A stretch of 49,831 nucleotides of DNA, the filler included, from Perkinsus olseni (lineage: Eukaryota): the NCBI GenBank assembly GCA_013115125.1. It is 2 parts of 2 records of this genome, joined end to end, with 100 filler letters (N's around TTAATTAATTAA, not from the genome) between each part and the next. Parts side by side here need not be neighbours in the genome. Positions count along the whole stretch, not along the records: positions 1 to 24,923 come from JABANN010000503.1; 1 more part is not named here. One strand, given 5' to 3'. Below are positions 13,001-24,084 of this stretch, piece after piece (the stretch's first letter is position 1; each line of letters opens with the position of its first letter). Under the pieces are notes generated by a model. It was given only the letters and a program-made list of their open reading frames with translations, was not told where the DNA came from and did not search any database. The translations under genes and the position numbers were made by a program.

Positions 13001-15338
13001 ACAGACTGGAGGATGGCTCGGGAGTTAACCCTGAGGGGAGGTGGGGCATGATGGGCCATTGATATACGCAAAGGGCTTCTTACTTGATACCAACATCAGC
13101 GCTGGTTAGGCCGACCTTCTTGAAGAAGCCGACCATCGTCGCCAGGAGCTCCAGCTCAGCCGTGATATCAGAAATGCCTGAGGTGAGGGAAGGGTTAACC
13201 TCGGCAGGTGGATGAGGGCATCTCACCAACAATATCGCAGTTCCACTGATAATGTTCACGCTTACGACCACGCTGAGTCGTCTCGAATCTCCAACACTGT
13301 GGGACGGAGAACCACTTCAGAGGGAGGACCTGATGGACAGTTAGCAGGAAATAATCCTCAAGGCAGGATACGGCATCCGCGATCAGTCGGAGAATACGAA
13401 AGCCGGGCGGCTACTCGGACGCTCGAGTCTCAACAGCGGAGCGAAGCACGACGAGTGAGCCCTCACCTCGGCCATCTGTGCAGTGGCATAATGGCTGCCC
13501 TCGGCACTCATCCTGACCCTCGACAGGACCATCCTCGCCAGGGTCGGCGTCATCTCGGGTCGGAGGGTTACCCGATGGTCCTCCTTATCAACAAAGTTGT
13601 ACCTACACTCAGCAGTCAAAATCCCGGAAACGCAACTTGTCGTAACTACGATGATGGGAGTACGACAGTAGGCCTGTAATTTGGAACTGTTCGAATCGAG
13701 CAGTTCTTCCGATCTATTAAGTACATTTGCTCGACAATCTCCTCTCCAGCCTTCCTCTTGTAGAGGTCCTCATTCTCGAGGACGGGAGCGTCGTACTCAG
13801 AAAATCCGTATTGGGTTGATACAGAGCGCCACTGACTGAAGAGCCAGTTCTGAAGGGCATACGATTACATGACCGAATAGTTCGTATAACGACTCTGAGT
13901 CGTCGACTCAACTTGAACCAGTTCTGGAAGATGTCAACCACGGCATTTTCGGGTCAATTATAAAACTGAAACGCACGGAACTTTCCCGCTGGAATCAAAA
14001 GCGAATGCTACTTCGCCAGAAGTACTCATATCACCCCTCGCTCATGATACAGAGCGACCGTGTCAGAGTCCAGTAATACAGAACGGAGCTTATGAGAAAC
14101 GACTCATTTAATCGACTCAAGTCGATCGTTCTTGCAAAGGATCATAGTCGGGCATCATCATCCTCCATATATTGACCACATTCGAAGCGAAGTGTGAGCT
14201 TCGTAACGGTGCTGGCCGATAGACCCAGACTGCCGCCGAATCGACCATAGCCTCAGCGTACTTTTTCTGTTAAGCCTAACCGTTGTAGACATGATGTCGG
14301 CTATTGCCTCTGACACACGTAACAACGCCTCAAGTTGCCGAGGCGTTATGAGCTGTTCACTCAGTAGTTCCCGCTATTACTCGAAGCCGACGACGTACGC
14401 TAATAATCCCCAAGGGATCCTGTCCCAGACCGAGGTGTATACATGGACGCACTCCCTTCGTCATTATGCTCAGTGCGTCTTCCGGTGTGCCTGATGTACG
14501 ATCCCGAGGGCTACTGTGTGGAGACCAGCAAGTAGACGCACCCGCCTACGAGTTTCACGCCCACCCAGATCTTGACGAGGTACACATACTGTAGCTTCAA
14601 AAACGAAGTTCTCGTCGCCGGCGCCCGTGTATTGCATGATCGCCTGTCACAACTCGGAGTGGAAGTTCGCGACATCATGCTCATCCTTTCTTACGCGGAA
14701 GAAGAATTCAGAGAAGCCCCACAGAGAGTAAGAATCATGAGTATCATACGAGCACAACTCAGTGAGCTCGATGCATCAGTTGCACCTCCCCGTTTATTCT
14801 AGGTCCCATCACGTCGCGCCCGCCGTCAACAGTACCGTCAACGAGGGAACAGACCCATGGGCCGTCGCCGTGCGTCATATCGTATTGGAGTACTAGCCAG
14901 CGGCTTCTTACACCAGGCTGGCATTCCTAGCAGCGCTAATAGCGGCATAATGCCCATCAGCTCCCGGTGAGAATGTCACAGGACATCAAAAGAGAGACTT
15001 AAAGGCTGTGGATTTCACAGGGAAAAATTCGGATGCCAATGTTAGTCGTTATCGCAAACCAACTATGCTCCTACGGCCGAGTGCGGCGCAACACCAAAAT
15101 GCCGATTTTCGACTCACACCCGACACCTACCCGTATGCGCATATCCTCTGGAAAGAAGTCTCGGGTACCACTCGGTGGGTCGAAGGAGACAACTACAACA
15201 GAGTACGCCGAGAACATTTGATACCCCCCCCCCCCTACAACTTTTGAGGTCAGTTCCGCGCTTTTTCTTAGCAGCCTTCACGACAAGCCTCTCAGCCTGC
15301 TTCTTGGTAAAGCTGGTGGCGGCCGTCTTCAACGTCAT
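10029..15338 (-). CDS. HARS: Histidyl-tRNA synthetase, copy 2 (tandem paralogue with expanded introns)
   Basis: Same exons and intron positions as copy 1 ([47 protein letters not shown], ...YFKQKAE*). Long introns at 10402-11726 and 13850-15130. Start taken at [15 protein letters not shown] (15338), uncertain. Confidence 0.9.
10840..10900 (-). mobile_element. Degenerate reverse-transcriptase fragment inside a HisRS copy 2 intron
   Basis: Minus frame reads [16 protein letters not shown], resembling the Y...LPFG...SP motif of LTR/DIRS-type RTs; surrounding frame is interrupted by stops. Confidence 0.5.
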
Positions 15339-15549
15339 GTATACAAACACATGAAAGGACCGCTGACGAATCGGTCCAGCGAGACTCCACCCCCCAGATA
15401 CCGGGCCATCGTTTGCAGCCAGCACCAATATGATCCGAGTCACGGAGGCGAAGAATAGCAACCCCAGTATCCCCGAGGAACACAACAGTTGGGTCCAATG
15501 ATGAACGTTCGCCGCCACAAGCAGCAAATGCTATAAATGAGACGGCTCC

Positions 15550-18500
15550 TCAGCCCATTCCGGGAGGTGGGGCGTGGAGATTTCCCATCATCCCAGGTGG
15601 AGGTGCGTGAAGGCTTCCTCTTCCTCCACCATACCTCCCCGAACTCTCCGCCGCGGCGATCTCGGACTCAACGCGTACTTGGTCCTTCGGGATGAACAAA
15701 CGCTGGAAAATAACCACTCTGCGGATCGAACCCGGGACCTCGCCCATGCTTACCTTATTCACTTTCGCCTCAAGCTGGACATACACCTTCGTGTCCGTAA
15801 CATCAATGACGTTAGCCAGCTGGCCCTTGTAAATTCCTAACACTCTCCCATCATCTCAACCATCTCCTACTAAATGCACCCTCACCTTTAATAATCCGTA
15901 TTCTCTTTCCGACCAGCCTCGAATCTCCCTTGCCTCCCTTTCCTCCACCATGATGACCTCCCTTACCACCACTACCCTTTCCACTACCCTTCTCGTGGTG
16001 ACCCCAGGATGAAGACGACGAACCACCAGCATTCCATCCCCAACTCTTATCATTCCCACCGCCCCACTGAGATCCCCAGCTGCCTCCAGAAGACTGATGC
16101 TGCTGCTGCTCATTGCCAGATCCAACTTGCGGTGCCAAGTCATCCGGTCGAACACCGCCTCGACCTGTCACAAAGATTCCTCAATTGCAACCACTCACTC
16201 TAGGACCTCACCCTTTCCTTTGCCGCCCTTTCCACCCTTCCCACCAAATGCTCGATTGGCAACAAGCTCCACCTGGTGGCCCGTGATTGCTACTATACCT
16301 CCGTCCTCAAGACGATCGTTAACCTGTCGAATCCAAATCGATCAGCGGGGCGCGCGCTAAGTCAACTCCTTACCTTCACCCACGCTACATTGCTCATTAT
16401 ATGCTTCACCTGGGCTCCTCTACCGGCTAACGGATGTGGTGCAAGAATCTTCAATAGAGCTCTAAAACACAGCAAGTCCTATATAAAAATACCCGCACTG
16501 GGAATCGAACCTGCGACCCCCTACACCAAGCGACAGACCTACCCCGGTTTAAATGGGTTATTATTAACATCCATCAGGAACACCACTTTAGAGTCTCGAT
16601 GCCGGCCCAGGCTCCCCACAGGCACGTTACGTGGCCTGTTGTCATTACCAATAATCTTTGCCGTCGTACCTGCCGCATCAGAAACTCAAAAGCTGAGAAT
16701 CCCGAAATATCGAACGACTTGCTGTCGACAAGCCAAGCAGCGAGGAAGGAAACTCCCATGAAAACTAAAAACCCCCACCTTAGCGTGAATGTCCGAACCA
16801 GGGAGAGAACAGCGTACGGATTCCAGATCCGCCTCGCGCCTCACCCCCAACTTACCACTGGCCGCGATGCTGACAATAACCCCCACGCCGGAGGAACCGC
16901 TGACGTTGAGGGTAACCAAATCACCGACCTTGTACTGGCCGATCCTGAACGATCACGACACTCGATTACGATTAATGTTCCCCCAGCCTCCCACGAAGCG
17001 TGACAGTGCGGACGCCCGAAGTCGATTACTCTTCCTCAGAATCTTCCCAGACCCTTCTCTGCGTATTTATGGACTACTCACTTTTCAATCCCCTTAGACA
17101 CCTCTGCCGTCAACTTTAGGTTGGAGCTTTGGCACTTCACCTCCCGAGGCTCGTTGTCAGTAAGAACAGTGGCCACGGACCCACTCAGTTTAATCACCGT
17201 ACCAGTATCCCCAGCAGACGCACCTGAACCAAACGAGAAACTGATACCATCCCGATCACGGCTTACCGGCATTCAACCAAACCGAAGTAACCATCAGTAA
17301 AGGTTGAGAATTAACAACACTTTCATAGCGAGTGGCCTCTACGTCAAGCTCTATTGAATCGACATTCGCCTTCCCTATATGGCTGGCGATGGGTCCGATT
17401 CCACCAACAAATTCGATACCATAACTCCCAGACTTTGCGACCCTCTACCACTACGATAATTTCTCCCTTCACCGCGAGAATGAAAATCCCGTCTGAGCGT
17501 TCTTTAAAACGTGGGTTCTTCCTCCCTCGACCGAATTTGATAGTAATGGCGTCCCACCAAAGGACTCACCGTCCAGAATTTTGACATGATCCCCCATCTC
17601 GAAGTGCTTGCTAAGGTCCTTGATAGCCACCGTAACTTGGGCTCGTCCGTGACCAGGATCCACATTCACACGTTTTCTATCAGTATCGATAGTAACCTGA
17701 CAGAAACAGCGGAGCGAAGCAATTCATTTTATACCATTTTACGACACAGGCCACTGCTCTAACAACCGTGAGAAGTAGCGTTAGCTCGATCACGAGTCAT
17801 GGCGAGAACCGAAATGAGAGCTACCCTCTGTGCTCAATAAACTTGCCCTAAAATCATCCTCTTGAAACAAGATGCATCAGCGGTCCTAGTCGCACCAAAT
17901 CGTCTTTCGGCATTGGACTTCAGACCCACACGCACAGTCACGGAGCCACCACCATTTCAATCACCGAAAGAACCGAAGTATCAATTTAGCAGATTGATGC
18001 CACAACGACAAGACGATAATCAGATTTCCTTCCGCGACCACTCATTTCGTCCAGATTATTACCACTTTCCCTCTCAAGTTCTTCATATCACCACCATTAA
18101 CAACTACCGAGTCGCCAACAGACAACGCCGCTGCTGCACGACTGCCCGACGCCTCGGACTGCACAGGACGACAGAGAAATAAAAATAACAACAAATTTCT
18201 GAGGGAATTTCCTTACAAATTGGGAATTTCTGGAGAAGGTGTTTGCGAGCTCTCAACCTCTCCTGCGAGCTCCAGTGAAAACCCTTCGCACACTCGCCTC
18301 AATTTTCTTTATATTTTTCTGTATAAAACTTCTCCCTTCTATTCTCTATCACAGCACAGACCATCACGCACCCCGCAATTCCTGGTCAGATTAGTCAAAA
18401 GTTTTCGGACACGACAAGTCCGAGAAAGTTTCCGAACGACCGTTCCCTCCCGTTACTACCATAGACGCAGCGGCAGCAGCTAATAAGGCTTGTCCTTCCC

Positions 18501-21500
18501 CGCCTGAACGAGAAGATGATTTGGGGGAAAGTTGGTATGAGATCTCACCTGCCGCTGCACTTCCCAAGAATTCCGAGATCTCAGTAATACTCGGCTGGAC
18601 ATCATCCCCGGTGAGCAAAGCATTCCGCTTGAAGCGTCGATAGAGATATCCATCCTGCGATAATTATTCGTACCACACCTTCACCAACTCTTCCGCAATT
18701 CACTCACCTTATATCTCTCGTTCCTATACTGATCGAAGATCTCGTTGGGGTTCGTTGCTGTGCGGTATCGCACTCGCTCGACCGCTCCTTGACCTGAGCT
18801 CAAGGCACCGAAATCTTCGCTGTGCGCAGAGTATCTTTATCCACTAAAGATTTCCACCACCAACCCTAGTCTCACACAAAATAGGATACATCATCGGTGA
18901 CACGCATCACTCAGTATAGCCATTGCCCCTGCACTACCTCCCCTATTCTCAGCTTCTATCGGATCAAAGAAGCTAGCATGAGGTCTTGGCTTCTTGGTAG
19001 TCCTTCGACCGAACAACGCCGAGTGGGCTTCCCTGATGATGCGTTGTTGTTCAGTCAACATAAACAGCCATGCTCACTACCTTGGATCCTCATCATAGTT
19101 AATCCTCGGACGAATCTTTACCTCCACGTCCATATCGAAGGACTCCACCACTTGGGCAAGATCGTTCTGATCGCACAAATCTACAACTAGCATTCCTAGC
19201 GTCCATCAGGTAGGAGAATAACGAGGTCCACTGGGCATGAGCCTGCCTCACGCTTCAACGATCCATGATTGTTGCCGTTGAAAGCGCGATCATAATAGAC
19301 TCAATATTCAGTTTATTCGTGGCACTCTAAAACACGGCTGACTCGCCGTGATAGCCTACTCGCTCGCCCTGAGGATTCCTCAGTGAGGAAACACCTCGGG
19401 CTGTTCTGCAGTACACTGTGAGGATTATGAGATGGGAAGGATTATGAGGATGTATGATGTATGAGGATTACTTTATATATTGCTAATTCAGTGACTGTGG
19501 CTGCAGTACACTCCTTAGCCATCTTGGCTGTTCTGTAAGCATAGTTGATGTGTGCCACTCTGATGTTATTCATGGTTGCGCGGTGGCACGCATAGACAAC
19601 AGCGTGATCCGTAGCGGGATCGATATTATCGCATACAGTGTACGTATGCACATAGTTACATCCGTCTTTGTGGCCTCTTGTTGTGTCAAAAGTGCGGGAA
19701 CGGCAAGCGAACTACATAGCATTGCCTTAAAACGGAGTGCCGCTGGGCAGCTGCTATAGCGAGCCGAAATGCCCGTAAACGCTACCCAGTATACTTACAC
19801 TGTACACAGGATGCCTCTTTATCCGCACCCACTCCCCCATCTTCAACGGCACAAAGCGGCCCTTCGCTGCCTCCTGTGCTGACCGGAAGACTCCAAGCAT
19901 CTCACTGGCCGGCACCACCTTCACGGAGTTACTAAATAGCAGAAAAAAATTCTCACTTTGCACCGCTGCAACAAAATAGAGCACAAGCGTTACAAAGTCG
20001 ATGAATTCCCTCAATAAATCACATGAAACTCTTCAGAAATCCTCAGGCGTTCTGCTTCAATATCAGTCTAATCGTGCTGTGCATGCGTGCATAGCTACAA
20101 CTCCAGTCCCCGGTGGAAAGACTTCACCCTCCTTCCCGCCTTGCCTCACTATGAGCAACAACGGAGAAGCCACAGTTCCTTAGATGGTATAGAGTTCAAC
20201 GTTAGTGTAAGATTACCACACGGAGAAGACTCTAACCTCCACCTGTTGGTCTCCCCACTTACGCATTGATCTGCCTTATTCCTGTCACGAACCGTTTGAT
20301 GTGGTTCACACTCTTCCCTTCAATGTAGATATAGCTCTTCAAATTATCACTAGCGAATGCCGACAAGATACCTGCCAAATCGATCACGTGATCGATCATC
20401 CCTCATCGTGAACATACGACTGTCTGCAACACGAACGTGCCTTCCCCGTCATTCCCAAATAGCGTTTAAATTACCGCCGGAGTTTTCAAGTGAAGCGAAA
20501 ACAGCGACCACGACGAGCCCCTCAAGTTTCCCATCATTACCAGTCTTAACGCCCTTCTTCCGGAACTGCTCGTACTTGGTGCTCAGTCGAGTGATGATCT
20601 CCCTCTCATGTCCAATATCGAAACACTTTACCTGAAAAGAGAAGCTAGAGGTGTCAGAAAAACCCAAGAAGACGGTAAAATTCAGAATTGTGTTTATCAC
20701 AGTGGAACGCTCATTGGCCGGTTTCAGTCAAAATCGGATCGATCACGCGATCGATTTTATAAGATACCATCCTCAACCCAGTATCTTACAAGGAAGAGCT
20801 TCGAGTCCGAAGGCTCGGGAAGCGGACCAGCTTCAGGCAACTCGCCCAGAGAATCTGCCGAACATCGTCAAATCGGACAAGCAATCTCACTACTACCATA
20901 TCCCCCCTCATCCGCAGAGGAGTACATCGGCTCCGACGGAGGCGGCGGCGACGGCGACGCCGTGCCGCTGATATCAACGGTAAAAACAAAGCCGGACAGC
21001 TTCGCTCCGCCTACCTGCCAGTTTTTCTGTGCCTCTCGCCCTTCCTACGCTCCCTTCGTTCAGCATCAGAAGGAGATGGCGAGCTCGCCGAAGCCCGCTG
21101 AAGAAATGAACCATACGCAAGCCCAACGGACGGCCGCCGCGGCCAAGACTAATACCAGCAACACGTGCGGTTTGAACCTCCGCACGTTCAATGCGCACAT
21201 TCTAGAGACTATGGTCTTCCCTATTAACGTACGCGCCCTCCTCCTACCTGTTCTCTTCTCTTGGCCGCTCTCCGCTCCTCATGATGTCTCTTACTACTAC
21301 TGCTACCCCCACCACCCTCCCGTTGCCGGCTGGGGTGCATCACCTTCGCAGCAGCCGCAGCAGCAGCCTGTCGTCTGATACAGTTATGGACGTACGACTT
21401 CTTTCTGACACCTCTAGCTACGACTACCGAGCTTCCATCTCTCGTCTCTGCTGGACGCTCTCTCGCCTTTGCTCCTGTTCCGCTGCGGCATGCTCAGCCT

Positions 21501-22330
21501 GTTGCTCCTCGTTCTTCGCTCGCTCCTCCCATCTACCGTGATTTGGGCAAGTTTTGGTATGACGCACACACACGCCTGTCTACCTCTGAATGAGATCGCC
21601 AAATCTCTTCTGACCACGATTCGGCCGACTCGCCCAGTCTTCCTGCTGCTGATGATGGGCCGCTGCCCGACCTGAACCAGTTCATCCCGGGAACCTCTAC
21701 CCCAAAGATACCACCTTTAGAACGCCCGGCCTCATCCTCGAAGTCCTCCTCTTCGTCGGAGTCCTCTTCACCAGCCTCTAGATCGAGGAACTTATACCTA
21801 GTGAGGAATCGTCCGCGGTGAATCGGTGAAGGAGTGGTAGGAGACGCTACGCTTTTGATTTCTTCTTTTTCGCAGGCCGTTGTTGTCCACCGTTGTCAGC
21901 AGGCACCTCCTTCCGTTTGCGCTCCGTGACCTGCAAAGCAACGGTAGGGAAAATCTAAGCGACGCGTCACGAGCGTTAACGAACAATCACATAGGGAAGG
22001 GGATAGAATCTGTTTCCATGAATAGCGAAATAGATGGTATTAGATATTCGCTTAATGCAAACGTCGCGTGTGAGGTTCGAACCCGGGACCTCAACTCTGA
22101 TACACCGTGCAAGTCCCCCTTCTCCCTCGGCACAGCCGTATGTGCGACGCTGTCATCCATCTAATACCGTTCCTCCCCCCGGTATTACCTTGGCTGCCGC
22201 CTTCCTTCTCCTCTCCGTCGGTGACGAGTCAACACTGGAAGCATCATCGGACACGCTTGAGGCCGCCGACGAGGAATCGCTGACATCATGAACAGTAGGA
22301 TCAGTAGGAGTACCATAATACCACTGGTAC
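15550..22330 (-). CDS. SPT5: Transcription elongation factor SPT5, multi-exon
   Basis: Acidic N-terminus (KFLDLEAGEEDSDEEEDFED), NGN domain (VKCFDIGHEREI...SYIYIEG...VVPASEM), successive KOW motifs (GEWVRIKRH, VGDSVVVNGGDMKNLRGKV, FEMGDHVKILDG, GKRIRIIKG/YKGQLANV). Stop at 15550; 5' end approximate. Confidence 0.92.
19336..19660 (-). mobile_element. Putative LTR remnant with PBS-like sequence inside a ~610 bp SPT5 intron
   Basis: Minus strand begins TGTAAC (19660) after a purine-rich run, contains ATATATAAA and ATCCTCATA repeats, and ends ...TATCA (19349). It is followed by CGGCGAGTCAGCC, resembling a tRNA-Arg PBS (TGGCGAGCCAGCC). Confidence 0.4.
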
Positions 22331-22872
22331 TACTACTATCAGTCAGTAGGCACTTAGGTACATATAGGGGACGTGACCGTCTCGAATGACGGTAAATTTG
22401 TGGCGGGTAGCTCTACAACATTCCTCCGATCGCCCCTCCACCCTACTACCTTCCGCTGCCCTCCCCTTCACTACTGGATACAGCCTTATCGTCGTCCTCT
22501 TCTCGAACCATAGGAGAAGAACAACTCGATAATGACACCAATAATGAACCACTACAACGCAACGCCCATACTAGTTGGCACGGAACCCGAGAGGTAGCCG
22601 GGAGAGGCAGAAGCCTGGACTATCAATCATGATGGTCGAGAAGATTGAAAGCACCTGTGTCGGGGAGAGTCGACAAGACCACTTTGTCGCTGTACGACAT
22701 GGGAATGCAAGGGGAAGGCCTATTAGCAGCTTCGAGTCTTCAACCACAACTGACGGCCGAACAACAACAACTTTTCGACGTATGAGGACACCCCTCGGAT
22801 ATTATCACGATCTGGTTGATCTCGGACAATCCCTCACTACCATAGCAAACAATTACGGCTGAGCGAGGGTAT

Positions 22873-22960
22873 GATTTAGGAAAAAGTTGGTACGAGACTT
22901 CACATGCCGCTGGGCTCCCCAAGAATTCCGAGACCTCCGAGAGTAATACTCGATTGGACG
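22873..22960 (-). pseudogene. Degenerate duplicated fragment of an internal SPT5 exon/intron junction
   Basis: aaagttggtacgagacttcacatgccgctgggctccccaagaattccgagacctc...agtaatactcgattggac aligns with 18519-18600 (aaagttggtatgagatctcacctgccgctgcacttcccaagaattccgagatctcagtaatactcggctggac). Confidence 0.75.
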
Positions 22961-23226
22961 GTTAAAGATCCCAGCATGAATTTGAAGTAGAAAGTGAACT
23001 CTCGAAGGACCGGTACCCGGACTCGAAAGTACCATCACGAATCGAAGGTCTACGTGCAAAATAGAAATGTCCGTTCCAGCGTCGTACGCCCAACCTCGCT
23101 GACCTCCGCGATTTTGACGCGATAGATCCCTTCTGAGTATCAGGAACGCTCTTAGAATTTTACAAGTTAAACTCAATCCTGAAATTCCAGCGAGGTCTGT
23201 TGAGCAGCCCGTCTTTTTCTAAACTA

Positions 23227-23869
23227 CACCTTTTTCCCGAGCAAATAAAATATTTTTTCGTTCGGTTTAAACCATTTTGATAGCAATTTAGCGAGTGTCA
23301 TGGGAATTAAAGAATTGTCAAACCAAACTGGTTTTGTCACCCAAATTAAATTTATGAGCAAATGCGATTTAACACGTGCCATTCTATTTAAATAGATTTC
23401 GATCCAATTTCGATATCTAAATCATTCTGCTACTGCGACCTCCTTCCTGCATCTGGGACATATACTCATGAAACACGGGAGAACTCTACAGCTGCCGCTT
23501 TTTGTCGCTCTTTACTTCAATGATTCGAATTGGAGGAGCGCTGCCACGTGCCAGATGCCGGAGCAACTCTGTGAATTACAGTACATACCATATCGCACGT
23601 TACCCTCAGCGAGTATTGTGCCTTAGAAGGCCGACGCGACTGGCGGTGATTATATTGAGGCAAGAGCTAGAGTATAAAAACTTGACGATGTGGCACGCAA
23701 TTAACAACGAGCATGCGCGCAGCTTCGCGCGCTCCCTTCAATTTCACAACTACTTTAGAATATTTCAAATTGCATGGAAAGTGGATGAAAACTATTTTAA
23801 AATGAAATTCGGTTTTTCGTACTCTTTTAAATCAAATGATAAAACATTTTATTTGCTCGGGAAAAGGTG
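23227..23869. mobile_element. Non-autonomous TIR element (MITE), Tc1/mariner-like, 643 bp
   Basis: Terminal inverted repeats of about 45 bp: left CACCTTTTTCCCGAGCAAATAAAATATTTT..., right ...AAAACATTTTATTTGCTCGGGAAAAGGTG. TA dinucleotide on both flanks (23225-26 and 23870-71). AT-rich, no transposase. Confidence 0.8.
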
Positions 23870-23910
23870 TAAACGCACTCCATCGGTAACAGCGAATTGT
23901 TATTAGAAGT

Positions 23911-24074
23911 TGTAACTGGTTCCCGGGTGTTTGGTCGTCACTGCTCATACACAATAGGTTGGTTGGTGGGAAATCTTGTCTATAACGAATACTTTGGTAC
24001 TGATATCTGCGTCACACGGCGACGCGTGCTATCAAGGACAACAAGATAGCAAGTTATACTTCACTTCAGTGACA
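23911..24074 (-). repeat. 3' LTR (164 bp) of a Gypsy-like retrotransposon
   Basis: Minus strand TGTCACTG...CAGTTACA (TG...CA ends, 7/8 inverted terminal match), immediately preceded by a polypurine-tract-like AGGTGGCGGGAG overlapping the integrase stop. Confidence 0.8.
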
Positions 24075-24084
24075 CTCCCGCCAC

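Noticed and set aside
15339-15527. Hydrophobic in-frame N-terminal extension of HisRS copy 2 as an organelle-targeting presequence
   Set aside because: Starts at TTG, not ATG, only 23 nt after the SPT5 stop; more likely SPT5 3' UTR or intergenic DNA
20608-21378. 256-aa plus-strand ORF and many other ORF-track entries antisense to or frame-shifted within spliced genes
   Set aside because: Shadow ORFs of SPT5, PGM, HisRS and other genes; no recognisable motifs
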